Part shown: positions 41,679 through 50,923 of the stretch, one piece after another
How positions within the stretch are numbered: position 1 is the first letter of the stretch
How the letters are laid out: every line of letters starts with the position of its first letter
DNA from: a virus
DNA length: 64,000 bases
Virus record (IMG/VR): IMGVR_UViG_3300025141_008753
Span: 3,677-67,676 of that record
Strand: one strand, 5' to 3'
The notes under the pieces: generated by a model
What the model saw: only the letters and a program-made list of their open reading frames with translations
What the model was told of the DNA's origin: nothing
The model's database searches: none
Program-made: the position numbers and the translations under genes

Positions 41679-42083
41679 ATGGCTACTAATATTGACCCAT
41701 CACGTAACTCACCTTTATCTCGGTCAGGAGAATGGGGAGAGCAGAGGAATTATGCACGGTACACCTTTGAGCCTGCTGACGACTCTAAGATTCAGACTGA
41801 CCCAATACCAACCGCAGGGTTTGAGTACGCTGTTATATTGTGGGACCCGGATTCCGATGGGACAAAACTAGATTTCGATAAAACCTCGTATTTAGCGTAT
41901 GACGCTAACACAGGCACGAAATACATTAAGGAAAACCCAGAGTGCGGTGTGGTTATAGCCACGGAGACCAAAGTAGGTTACATAGGAAAGCCAGCTCTAC
42001 CCGCTCAGTTGGTTATCGAGACCCCCTGTGACGGCTCGCTGGTAGTAGAATTACACAATCCAGTAAACAGGAGAGTGAACTAA
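41679..42083 (+). CDS. Hypothetical protein
   Basis: 134-aa ORF in the structural-like operon. Confidence 0.7.
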   Translation: MATNIDPSRNSPLSRSGEWGEQRNYARYTFEPADDSKIQTDPIPTAGFEYAVILWDPDSDGTKLDFDKTSYLAYDANTGTKYIKENPECGVVIATETKVGYIGKPALPAQLVIETPCDGSLVVELHNPVNRRVN

Positions 42084-42457
42084 TGTTTAATGAAACCAAT
42101 TATATCTCAGCCAGTGCTGTAGACTTTGATGCCAACGGGGATATTGATATGTCTGACACAACATTAATAGCCGCTCCCGGGGCTGGCAACCGTATTGTTT
42201 TATACGGAGTAAACATGTCAATGGCTGGAAGCACGGCTTCTACCGCAGGTAGGTTGTACCTAACTGATGGGGACAAAGGTACTTATACTATTTTGTGGCA
42301 ACTAAGATGCCAAGGAGTATACCCTGTACAAAGTGATATGACATTCCCAGTAGGTGTTAAGCTAAGTGCTAACACCGCCCTCAAGATTACAGGTGAGGAA
42401 GACTCCGCCCAGGCATACGCATTCGGTACAGTTTATTACCGTATTGAGCGCACGTAA
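42083..42457 (+). CDS. Small beta-rich putative virion protein (paralog family)
   Basis: LIAAPGAGNRIVLYG...FPVGVKLSANTAL. Confidence 0.65.
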   Translation: MFNETNYISASAVDFDANGDIDMSDTTLIAAPGAGNRIVLYGVNMSMAGSTASTAGRLYLTDGDKGTYTILWQLRCQGVYPVQSDMTFPVGVKLSANTALKITGEEDSAQAYAFGTVYYRIERT

Positions 42458-42486
42458 GCATAAGTCAAAGCTATTATAAGACTGGG

Positions 42487-42563
42487 GGGGATGTAGCTCA
42501 GTCGGTTAGAGCGCCGGTCTTATATGCCGTAGGTCCCAGGTTCAAGTCCTGGCATCCCTACCA
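42487..42563 (+). tRNA. tRNA-Ile, anticodon UAU
   Basis: Cloverleaf: GGGGATG/CATCCCT acceptor, GCTC/GAGC D-stem, loop CT-TAT-AT, CCAGG-TTCAAGT-CCTGG T-arm, encoded ACCA. Confidence 0.9.
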
Positions 42564-42607
42564 TTATTACGTGCGTAAGTATAAGTCAAAGACTATAATA
42601 ATACTAA

Positions 42608-42647
42608 GGGGTACTAGTCCAGGGTTCGACTCCCAGGCACCCTACCA
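42608..42647 (+). ncRNA. tRNA minihelix (acceptor stem plus T-arm only) or tRNA remnant
   Basis: GGGGTAC-TAGTC-CAGGG TTCGACT CCCAG-GCACCCT-ACCA; TATAAT at 42594-42599 immediately upstream. Confidence 0.55.
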
Positions 42648-42691
42648 CGTAAATATAAGCGTTGCTATAAGTCAAGGCAAGGTATATAACA

Positions 42692-43219
42692 ATGAAAACC
42701 CCATGGATAATAACTAATATGAAACAAGGAACAAAAGCAAATAAATCAGGATTGAAACTTGAATCCCAAGTTGAGAATCTTATCATCAAGAACTTGAAAG
42801 TAGACTCCGAGTATGCGAGTCGCTATAAGTCAAGAGAGGATAATGAGGATATTCTACTTAAGAATGTGCCATACACAAACATATATGGCAATACCAAATG
42901 TCGCTCTGAGTTTGTCCTCTGCTATAAGTCAAGAAAGGTAAGGATAGAATGTAAAACCCAACATTCTGCTGGGAGTGTCGATGAAAAACTACCTTACCTT
43001 TACATGAACTTTACACAAACAATACCAGAATCCGAAGCAATCATTGTGATTGAAGGAAATGGATTTAAGCAAGGGGCAAAAGAGTGGTTGAAAACGAATT
43101 GTAAAGGAACAAAGGTAAAAGTGATGGACTTATCTGAGTTTCAGCGATACATCATTAGTGGTATGCCGAAAATCGTTCCCTCAATACAGAATCGTATAAA
43201 AAACTGGTTGAGCGGTTAG
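42692..43219 (+). CDS. PD-(D/E)XK restriction-endonuclease-like protein
   Basis: SEF...RIECKTQHSAGSVDEKLPY; start may be 42719. Confidence 0.7.
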   Translation: MKTPWIITNMKQGTKANKSGLKLESQVENLIIKNLKVDSEYASRYKSREDNEDILLKNVPYTNIYGNTKCRSEFVLCYKSRKVRIECKTQHSAGSVDEKLPYLYMNFTQTIPESEAIIVIEGNGFKQGAKEWLKTNCKGTKVKVMDLSEFQRYIISGMPKIVPSIQNRIKNWLSG

Positions 43220-43287
43220 CCATTATTATAATAGACATTTCTCCCTAATACAAACTCCTGAATACCCTAAACTACATAAATACTTAT

Positions 43288-43665
43288 ATGAATAACATTT
43301 CGTTTCGACTAAACATGGATGATGATGAGGTATTTGCCTTTTTCAATATTCTACCTTTGGCTCGCATAACTGCGTCAGAGAAAGAACGAAAAGCGGTTAT
43401 GAGAATGATGGGATTCACAAGTGAGTCTTTATTTGTGAAAGAACTTGATTCTAGTAAGGCTATGCTAGAGCAATACTCTATACTATTATACCTCACGCAT
43501 TTGAGAACAGAAGATAAAGCCTTGAGTAATTTTTTTAAGCGACTAACTTGGTTAGATAAGGAAATGGAACAAAGGGTTAGAGATATGTTGTGGATTGAAA
43601 ATGACGCTCCTAGTAACGAAGAGTTGTCTAAATGGTTTGAGATTGAGTCCGACAAAGAGTTGTAA
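43288..43665 (+). CDS. Hypothetical protein
   Basis: 125-aa ORF. Confidence 0.7.
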   Translation: MNNISFRLNMDDDEVFAFFNILPLARITASEKERKAVMRMMGFTSESLFVKELDSSKAMLEQYSILLYLTHLRTEDKALSNFFKRLTWLDKEMEQRVRDMLWIENDAPSNEELSKWFEIESDKEL

Positions 43666-43682
43666 TCTGAGGTCGTGGGCGT

Positions 43683-43763
43683 GTTCGTAAGTATAGGCGG
43701 GCAAAGGACTTACGAACGCCATTTTACCCCCTGAGCGTAACTGCTTTGCTGTAAACGACTTAC
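43683..43763. promoter_or_regulatory. Two 27-bp dyad sites GTAA(G/C)-N17-CTTAC upstream of the early promoter
   Basis: 43687-43713 (arms extend to GTTCGTAAGT/ACTTACGAAC) and 43737-43763. Confidence 0.65.
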
Positions 43764-43823
43764 ACGAACCTGTAATATAAAACAAGTTTATGTAAGTATT
43801 TTTCTATTATGGCATAATAATAC

Positions 43824-43852
43824 TTGACACGAGAGCATTTTTTTGGTATAAT
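43824..43852 (+). promoter_or_regulatory. Consensus sigma70 early promoter
   Basis: TTGACA-17 bp-TATAAT with extended TG; AAGGAGG SD before ATG 43912. Confidence 0.92.
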
Positions 43853-43911
43853 ATATGTTCAATGTGGGACTCACAAACTCCCATTTCAACTCAATACTAA
43901 AAGGAGGTAAA

Positions 43912-44706
43912 ATGTTTGTAATAGATAAAATCAAGAAAGATATGATAGCGGAACTTGTTTCGCAAGAACAAAGTGTTCTATTGACAGGGGCAACAGGCTG
44001 TGGAAAGACTACTTTATGTAAGGAAATCGCTGATGACCTAGACATGAATGTGGTTATTGTAAACATGGGTTCGACACAAGATGCTCGCACTACACTAATT
44101 GGTTATCACACATTACAAGATGGTGAAACCAAGTTTGAGAAATCTGCTTTCATAAATGCGATTCAACAAGAAAATACTTTGATTATTCTTGATGAGTTGA
44201 GTAGAGCAAGTGATGATGCGTATAACATTATCTTCCCACTTTTGGATTTTCGTAAAGAGGTTCATGTAGAAGAAACAGGTGAAACTATTAAAGTTGCTGA
44301 TGGCGTTAGATTTATCTCTACTGCCAATGTAGGTTTGGAATACTCATCTGCTCGTTCTATTGACAGGGCTTTACAAGACCGATTTATGATTTTCAACATT
44401 CCATACATGACAGGAAAAGAGTTGAAAGGATACATTAAGACTGTTCATGGTAAGGAGATTGCTTCTTCTATGGCTAACTTGTGTAGTGTTTATGATTATA
44501 GTCATCAACAATACGAAAAGTCTCGCATTTCTGCGAAAATGTCTCCTCGTATGATTCTAAACTGTTGTAGTTTAGTTGGTAAGTTTACTGATGCTGAAGT
44601 TATGAACAATGTTTTGTTGTCTATGTTTGAGCAAGATAGCAGTAGCATTACTTCTGACGCAAACATTATGCGTGAATACGCTGATTCTTTAGGAATGTTT
44701 AACTAA
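43912..44706 (+). CDS. MoxR/CbbQ/CobS-like AAA+ ATPase
   Basis: GATGCGKT, LDELSRA, STANVG, DRALQDRF. Confidence 0.9.
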   Translation: MFVIDKIKKDMIAELVSQEQSVLLTGATGCGKTTLCKEIADDLDMNVVIVNMGSTQDARTTLIGYHTLQDGETKFEKSAFINAIQQENTLIILDELSRASDDAYNIIFPLLDFRKEVHVEETGETIKVADGVRFISTANVGLEYSSARSIDRALQDRFMIFNIPYMTGKELKGYIKTVHGKEIASSMANLCSVYDYSHQQYEKSRISAKMSPRMILNCCSLVGKFTDAEVMNNVLLSMFEQDSSSITSDANIMREYADSLGMFN

Positions 44707-45998
44707 TGAACGAAAGGGAAATAGACGCAACACTTATGAATAAGTGGTTGGGGGATAAGAAAATTACAGACTTATCTCCTAAGACTCTCTATGATATTCA
44801 GACTTTGATTGAGTATTACAGAGATGTGATTGTTCCCAATGTAGATGTGAAAGTTGGATTTCCTGTTGAGGGTATCCCATGTGCTGATACGGATAAGAAA
44901 GAAATCTTTATACCATATCATATGTTGAAAGAAGGTCGTGTTGATGAAACCATTGGTGCGATGATTCACGAACTAAGGCACATTGAAGATACTCCTGTAA
45001 AGGAAAAAACCGTAGCACCTATTTGGTCTTTACTTAATAAGATTCTAAATAGTCTCAAACTAGACAATGGAAAGACGATTGCGGAAGTTGTATTTTCAGA
45101 TTCATCATATACGCTAAACGCTATTTTGCGTGAGCCTAAAGATGATGAGAGATATGACCCAAATCTGTTTTTTCTTCGTGAAGCGTGTGGAGTCCTTTTC
45201 GGTTTAGCAAATGCGACTGAAGATGTTAGGATTGACACTAACACTCCCCCAAACCTAAAAAAGTATATCGACAAGATAGACAAAAATGCTTTTGAGAAGT
45301 TTGAGGAAGCACGACAGAAAGGGGACATTGAGGATTGGGATTCTTTACATACCATGTTGTTCCGTTTCATATTTCATCATAAAGGTTACTACAATGACCC
45401 TTTGATTGAAAAGATTTCTCCTACAACAGAAGAAATCTGTGAGATGGGTTCTGTTGAAGCAATCACAAATGTGTTTGATAGATTCAGAGATACTTGCCAA
45501 GAAGAAGTTGCCAAACTATTTAATCAGTATGTTCCACCACAACCTAATGATGGCGATGGGGAAGATTTGATGGATATGTTTGATGACTATGTTGGAGATA
45601 TGGTAAACGAAGAACTACAAAATGACCTTGCTAACCAAGCAGGAGATGATGGTGGTGCTACAAAAGGTATTACCTTAGAAGAGAAAAGTGTAGGAGATTT
45701 TGCTAAGACGCACGATACAACTACTGAAATAGAACAAACAGAAGGCGAGAAAACAATGTCGCATGATGACGCTGTTGAAAATGGGCAAACACAATGTAAG
45801 CCCTTCGCCAAAAAGGAAACTCCAATGAAGGAGTTTGCTAAAACAATGAACGCTGATGCTAGGACACAACTAATATCAGCAGAACTAAATGCTCAAATCC
45901 AAAACTTCTCTAACATACAAGTCCATACGACTACTGAGAACTTTGGAAGAGACACAAACATAACTTACGATACCGTCATTTTTGACGCAACAAAATAA
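44706..45998 (+). CDS. CobT-like N-terminal HExxH domain protein with an acidic linker
   Basis: GAMIHELRH and NATEDVRID, typical of the N-terminus of MoxR-partner VWA proteins. Confidence 0.7.
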   Translation: MNEREIDATLMNKWLGDKKITDLSPKTLYDIQTLIEYYRDVIVPNVDVKVGFPVEGIPCADTDKKEIFIPYHMLKEGRVDETIGAMIHELRHIEDTPVKEKTVAPIWSLLNKILNSLKLDNGKTIAEVVFSDSSYTLNAILREPKDDERYDPNLFFLREACGVLFGLANATEDVRIDTNTPPNLKKYIDKIDKNAFEKFEEARQKGDIEDWDSLHTMLFRFIFHHKGYYNDPLIEKISPTTEEICEMGSVEAITNVFDRFRDTCQEEVAKLFNQYVPPQPNDGDGEDLMDMFDDYVGDMVNEELQNDLANQAGDDGGATKGITLEEKSVGDFAKTHDTTTEIEQTEGEKTMSHDDAVENGQTQCKPFAKKETPMKEFAKTMNADARTQLISAELNAQIQNFSNIQVHTTTENFGRDTNITYDTVIFDATK

Positions 45999-46012
45999 CA
46001 AAGGAGATTACA

Positions 46013-46759
46013 ATGGTTAATAAACCCGAAATGTATCACATGGAGCATTACTTAAAAGATGCCCAATCACTACCCAAAGAAGCACTTGCTATCGTGTCCG
46101 AACAAGATATGTTAGGATATGAAAAGGAATACGCAGTTTACCAAAAGATTCAACAAGAGGCGGTTCAGAAATGTTCAACTCTTGTGAGCGAAGTAAAAGA
46201 GCGTATAAGTGTTTTGTTTGGAGGAAACTACTCTAAGCAATATAAGTATTTTGATAGAGCAGTTATGGGGGGCGAGATTTTGACCGACCAACATAACAGT
46301 TTGTTCCCTAAGCCAAATGTGGTTCGTGATTTAGTAGAAACTGCTAAACTGCGATGCCCTAATATCCAAACAGATAATAGTGTTGGTGGACGCAGTAATG
46401 AGAGTGTAGAAGAAATGAACTCAGCAGTATCATACTTGCTAGGAGAAGGTCTTACTCTTAATACTGATTTTACTGTTGGTAACGCTGTTGAAGTAGCGAA
46501 AGCAAGAAAGGCTACGGAGTTTCATGCTAACATGGCTTCAAAACTTAGAGGATACTTAGATGGAACGAAATTTCCTAAAATGGCGATGAAGGATAACTTC
46601 AAGGGAACAAGTTGTGTTGATGACGATTGTTTAAGTGAACACATTAAGTTTGATGCTATACATGACAAGTTTGACTGTAAATGTGGCAGTAATTCTTACA
46701 AAGGTTGTGTAGGAACAAACGCCGAAGGGTGTTGGGAGTTTTCTGTAACTGATGCCTAG
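46013..46759 (+). CDS. Hypothetical protein with a Cys-rich C-terminus
   Basis: 248 aa, AAGGAG SD. Confidence 0.75.
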   Translation: MVNKPEMYHMEHYLKDAQSLPKEALAIVSEQDMLGYEKEYAVYQKIQQEAVQKCSTLVSEVKERISVLFGGNYSKQYKYFDRAVMGGEILTDQHNSLFPKPNVVRDLVETAKLRCPNIQTDNSVGGRSNESVEEMNSAVSYLLGEGLTLNTDFTVGNAVEVAKARKATEFHANMASKLRGYLDGTKFPKMAMKDNFKGTSCVDDDCLSEHIKFDAIHDKFDCKCGSNSYKGCVGTNAEGCWEFSVTDA

Positions 46760-47672
46760 AAGTAATACCGACAACATTTCCCTCTGTAAAGAGGGAATGT
46801 TCTCCGTCCAAGATTGGAGGACAGAGGATAACAAACATCTCCGAGATGTTATGTATAACCGATTCAAGAATCAAGTTTCATTGCTTCTTGAAAGTAAAAA
46901 ACCAAAAGCCTTTCACTCAACTAAAGGTCGATTAGACCCTCGTAGAGCGTATAGGAGTCCGTTTAGTGATAATATCTTTTTACAAACTACAAAAGTGCCT
47001 AATGGAGATACTACTATCGTCATGTTAATTGACGGTAGTGGTTCTATGGATTGTGGCGTGGAAGTCTTTGGGAAAGGATATACTCGTATTGGTGTGTGTA
47101 ATGCTATTGTATCCGCTTTTTCTAAAGCGGTAAACGATGTGTTAGGTAATGAAATCAAGATTGAAGTGTTCCTAAAGTCTGCCCCTTCCTATCATGGTAA
47201 GGCAATCACAGGAACTGATAACGGAAGTTTTGTTACTCTTACAAGAGTGTTTAGTAACTCTAATAAGAACTTGGACTTTGATAAAATCTTGAAGTTAGAT
47301 TGTGTTTCTCCCATTAAGAGAGGTGGTAGCAACGATGGCAGTTATACTGCTGAGTATGCTGTGTTACCTGCTTTGTTAAAATGGATGAATAAGAACATTG
47401 TTACGAAGAATGTGGTTCTGTTTAATCTAACTGATGGAGATGCGTATTGCTCTTTGGGCAGTAACAATATGAGTTTCAATGACGAGGAAAATAAGCAAAT
47501 GCGAATCAAGTATTTGAGAAATGTTCCTAACGCAACAATGTCTATCGGTGGCAGAAGTAATCATAACCATATGACCAATGTGTATGGGCAGAATGTGATT
47601 GAATGTGATGACGATGGTTTTCATGTTAAAATGTTTAATACCTTTATGACCTTTATTGGAGAAGCACTATGA
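46752..47672 (+). CDS. VWA (MIDAS) domain protein
   Basis: GRLDPRR, LIDGSGSM (DxSxS), LTDG. Confidence 0.85.
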   Translation: MPRSNTDNISLCKEGMFSVQDWRTEDNKHLRDVMYNRFKNQVSLLLESKKPKAFHSTKGRLDPRRAYRSPFSDNIFLQTTKVPNGDTTIVMLIDGSGSMDCGVEVFGKGYTRIGVCNAIVSAFSKAVNDVLGNEIKIEVFLKSAPSYHGKAITGTDNGSFVTLTRVFSNSNKNLDFDKILKLDCVSPIKRGGSNDGSYTAEYAVLPALLKWMNKNIVTKNVVLFNLTDGDAYCSLGSNNMSFNDEENKQMRIKYLRNVPNATMSIGGRSNHNHMTNVYGQNVIECDDDGFHVKMFNTFMTFIGEAL

Positions 47673-48214
47673 TTTCTAATGAACAATGGGAAAAGGTGGA
47701 GAAAAAGTATAAAAAACTTATGTGGCACATCTCGCACAGAATCGGACAAGACCCTATCACAAATGATAAGGCAGATTCTTACCAAGAGTTAAGCATAACT
47801 TGTTTAGACGCAATCCGAACTTTTGCCAAATCAACAAATACAGAGTTTGATGACTTCTTTGATACAGTAGCATTTGATAAGTATATTAAAACTTGTCTGT
47901 GGAACAAAAAGAATAATCAAGGAATGAAGATTGTAAAGAGAGAACCTTTGCGTAGGCAAATAACGATTGAAGAAAGTTTACTTACTGAGAAAGCGATAAA
48001 CCCAAAAGAGGCTTTTGAACCTTTCGGATTAGAAAACTTTGATGCTAACTTACAAGAAATCATTGACGCTATCCAACAAGATGGCAAGATGATTAAGCCA
48101 AGCGGTAGAATAAATGTCAATCGCATGGCAACATACACAAACAAACCAAAGTCGCAAATCAAACATAGCATTGAACGACTACAAAAACAACTAATAAATG
48201 ATTTCGGAGAATAG
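47669..48214 (+). CDS. Sigma-factor-like protein (region 2 plus C-terminal HTH-like segment)
   Basis: YKKLMWHIS...DSYQEL...AIRTF...FDKYIKTCLWN. Confidence 0.6.
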   Translation: MISNEQWEKVEKKYKKLMWHISHRIGQDPITNDKADSYQELSITCLDAIRTFAKSTNTEFDDFFDTVAFDKYIKTCLWNKKNNQGMKIVKREPLRRQITIEESLLTEKAINPKEAFEPFGLENFDANLQEIIDAIQQDGKMIKPSGRINVNRMATYTNKPKSQIKHSIERLQKQLINDFGE

Positions 48215-48216
48215 AA

Positions 48217-49086
48217 ATGGCTAAAATAACTAATAAAACAATCCCTGTGGAAGCAACGATTACCACATTAAAAGGTGTAATGACCATCATCGAACTTTTG
48301 AGGACTGCCAACAATGTGTTTGACAGAGCAGGTTTTGAGAGTCCTTACAAAATGAATGACAACGATTTGGGTTTGCTTGCTTTTGGAATGGCATTATTTG
48401 ATGGTAGTATCGACAGTTACCGACATGATGGTATTCCTGACGAGGTTCTTAAACCATTTAAGCCTTTGGTTGAATGGGTTAATGAAGAAGGAAATAGTGG
48501 TGTAACTAAGGTGTTTACTTCTTTTGTTGATACTGATAAGGTTGCTGTAAAGTTTGTTTATACTGCGAATAAGTTTGGTGTAGCAATCTCTAGGGGTTAC
48601 TTACTAGACCTTGTTGCTAGGTATAACAACTTGGAACAAGAGCATAACAAGAAAACTGAAAATAGAAACGATTGGAGGAGAAACTTGCGTGTAGAATCTT
48701 CATGGTTTGTTCCACGAATCCTTGATGTAGCAAACGCACTTCGTGAGTTGGACACTAACATCGCAGAGAGTAACATTACTTTCTTCGATAGAACTCTCTT
48801 TAAGAATAGAGCAGGTCGTGGTTACAGTTATTACTCAAGGGGAACAGACTATTTGACTAGCCCACAAAGCAATCCATACCTTTCGCAGAGATACGAACAA
48901 GAAACTGTAAAGAATATTTTAATGGGAACTTATGGAGAACATTATAAGGAATCCGATTTGAGTAATATCAAAAGAGGTTCTTTAGATTATCGTGAAAAGG
49001 GTTTTCCTTTGCCTGTGGCACAAGCAGAACTTATCTATTCACGAAACTATAACAGTAAACTGAAAGGAGTAGAAACAAATGCCTAA
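48217..49086 (+). CDS. Hypothetical protein
   Basis: 289 aa, GGAG SD. Confidence 0.75.
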   Translation: MAKITNKTIPVEATITTLKGVMTIIELLRTANNVFDRAGFESPYKMNDNDLGLLAFGMALFDGSIDSYRHDGIPDEVLKPFKPLVEWVNEEGNSGVTKVFTSFVDTDKVAVKFVYTANKFGVAISRGYLLDLVARYNNLEQEHNKKTENRNDWRRNLRVESSWFVPRILDVANALRELDTNIAESNITFFDRTLFKNRAGRGYSYYSRGTDYLTSPQSNPYLSQRYEQETVKNILMGTYGEHYKESDLSNIKRGSLDYREKGFPLPVAQAELIYSRNYNSKLKGVETNA

Positions 49087-49669
49087 TTGGACATTTAATA
49101 ACTTGGAAGTTGAAGGGAATGAAGCAAGCCGTAAAAAGTTTGCTTCAGACCACAAGAGTGTTAGGAAAACTTGGAAAAACGACAAACAAGACGGTTGCGA
49201 AACAGAACTTGATTTTTCAGCGAGTGTTTGGGATTCTGAATACGCTAAGAATCATAAATACTCTACTGATGGATACAGTTGGTGTTGTGAGCATTGGGGA
49301 ACTAAATGGAACGCTTGTGAAGTTGATACCTATGATGATGGTGTAATGTTACATTATAGTTTTGATACGGCATGGAGTCCTCCTCACGATTGGCTTTTAG
49401 AAGCATCAAAGAAGTATCCTAATCTAACTTTCACTCTCACAGCCACAGAAGAAAGTGATGCTTTCTTGTATGGTGTAGAAGTAAGTAATGGTAAAATACT
49501 AAAACAGTATGACACAGGAGATGTTTTAGGTGCTGTAATGGAAAAAGCAGATATAACATTAGAACAACGAGTAGAATTTAATTCTAGTAATTGGTATGAC
49601 GATGATGAATTACGAGAAATCTACTCATCAACTCAACACGAGATTTTAGGAGATAAAAAATCATGGTAA
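49079..49669 (+). CDS. DUF1281/YubB ferredoxin-like domain protein
   Basis: MPNWTFN, WCCEHWGTKWNA, FDTAWSPP. Confidence 0.8.
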   Translation: MPNWTFNNLEVEGNEASRKKFASDHKSVRKTWKNDKQDGCETELDFSASVWDSEYAKNHKYSTDGYSWCCEHWGTKWNACEVDTYDDGVMLHYSFDTAWSPPHDWLLEASKKYPNLTFTLTATEESDAFLYGVEVSNGKILKQYDTGDVLGAVMEKADITLEQRVEFNSSNWYDDDELREIYSSTQHEILGDKKSW

Positions 49670-49899
49670 AGAAAAAAGAAAAACGATATGTAGTGGCACG
49701 AAAGTGTCATGCTATTGAATGGGTATTTGTAGATGCGACTACTGAAAAGGAAGCGGTTAAGTTCGCTAAACATAGTGATGATGTTGCGTGTGGTCATTTG
49801 GAGTTCGCAGGTTATCAAGATATAAAAACTTGGACTGCCGAAGAACTAGCACAGCCAAAACCAAGTGAGGTTCGATATGGAGATGTTTGTGATGACTGA
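49663..49899 (+). CDS. Hypothetical protein
   Basis: 78 aa, AGGAG SD, VDATTEKEAV. Confidence 0.65.
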   Translation: MVKKKEKRYVVARKCHAIEWVFVDATTEKEAVKFAKHSDDVACGHLEFAGYQDIKTWTAEELAQPKPSEVRYGDVCDD

Positions 49900-50101
49900 T
49901 AACATTACGAAGAAAACTAATATGATAAAATGTCCTGTGTGTAGTGGCACAGGCATACAGGAAGAAACCATGAAAGGTTACCGTAGATACAAATGTTGGT
50001 GCTGTGAAGGCGCAAGATTTATAATGAGTTCTTCCGTAACAGAAACAGAACAAGAAACAGAACAAGAAACAGAACAGGAGGATGAAAATGAACAAGGATA
50101 A
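49892..50101 (+). CDS. Small DnaJ-type zinc-finger-like protein with an acidic tail
   Basis: CPVCSGTG...CWCCEG; TEQE x3. Confidence 0.6.
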   Translation: MTDNITKKTNMIKCPVCSGTGIQEETMKGYRRYKCWCCEGARFIMSSSVTETEQETEQETEQEDENEQG

Positions 50102-50921
50102 GATTGCTATGTTAGCAAAAGATTTAGATGACAGGAAACTAGAATACCCATGCTATGTTGAACCAAAGTATGATGGTGTTCGTGTTCTTGCTAAAGTAAA
50201 CACAGAAGAACAGACTGTGGAGTTTTTCTTCCGTAGTGGGAAAGAGGTTCATACCCTTGACCATTTAGTAGAACCATTATTAGAACTTGATTTAGGAGTT
50301 GAGTATTATGTTGATGGAGAAGTAGTAAACAACGAAGGAGGTTTTATGAAGTGTGTTGGCGATGTTCGTAGAAAGAGCAAGCAAGCACCGCATCTTGAAT
50401 ACCAAATCTTTGATGCTTTCTTTGAGAATGATAGTAGAGATTACTTAACTCGTAAGGAGTTGGTAAAGAATCAAATCTCTACCCATATTTCTGGTGTGAT
50501 AGATTATGTTATACATAAGAAATGTTGCTGTATCGAAGAAGTGTTGGCATTCAAAGACCTTTGGGAAACTATGGATTCTAATGTTGAAGGTGTGATGGTT
50601 AAGAAAAATACTTTGTATCAGCACAAACGCACTTGGGATTGGATGAAAATCAAAGATGAACTATCGGTAGATTTCCCTGTCGTAGATGCGTATGAGGGAA
50701 AAGGAAAATACGATGGTATGTTAGGAGGACTTATTGTTGAGAATCCACAAACAAAGGTTCGGATTCGTGTCGGTGGTGGCTATAATGATGAGGAACGATA
50801 TTCTTTTTGGAATGACCTTCCTACATACATCGGAAAAACCGCCGAAGTAAAATACCAATACATGACTCCAAAGGGTTCACTTAGACACCCTGTTTTCAAG
50901 GGTTTCAGAATAGACAAGTAA
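50088..50921 (+). CDS. lig: Minimal ATP-dependent DNA ligase
   Basis: EPKYDGVR, VDGE, IFD, EGVMVK, WMKIK, LRHPVF. Confidence 0.93.
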   Translation: MNKDKIAMLAKDLDDRKLEYPCYVEPKYDGVRVLAKVNTEEQTVEFFFRSGKEVHTLDHLVEPLLELDLGVEYYVDGEVVNNEGGFMKCVGDVRRKSKQAPHLEYQIFDAFFENDSRDYLTRKELVKNQISTHISGVIDYVIHKKCCCIEEVLAFKDLWETMDSNVEGVMVKKNTLYQHKRTWDWMKIKDELSVDFPVVDAYEGKGKYDGMLGGLIVENPQTKVRIRVGGGYNDEERYSFWNDLPTYIGKTAEVKYQYMTPKGSLRHPVFKGFRIDK

Positions 50922-50923
50922 AG

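Noticed and set aside
46773-46850. Two hairpins at the start of the VWA gene as a recoding or bypass signal
   Set aside because: The stems are real, but no matching take-off/landing codons or slippery site were seen and an ordinary overlapping start explains the ORF
50039-50076. 12-bp repeat ACAGAACAAGAA x3
   Set aside because: Simple coding microrepeat (TEQE) in an acidic tail
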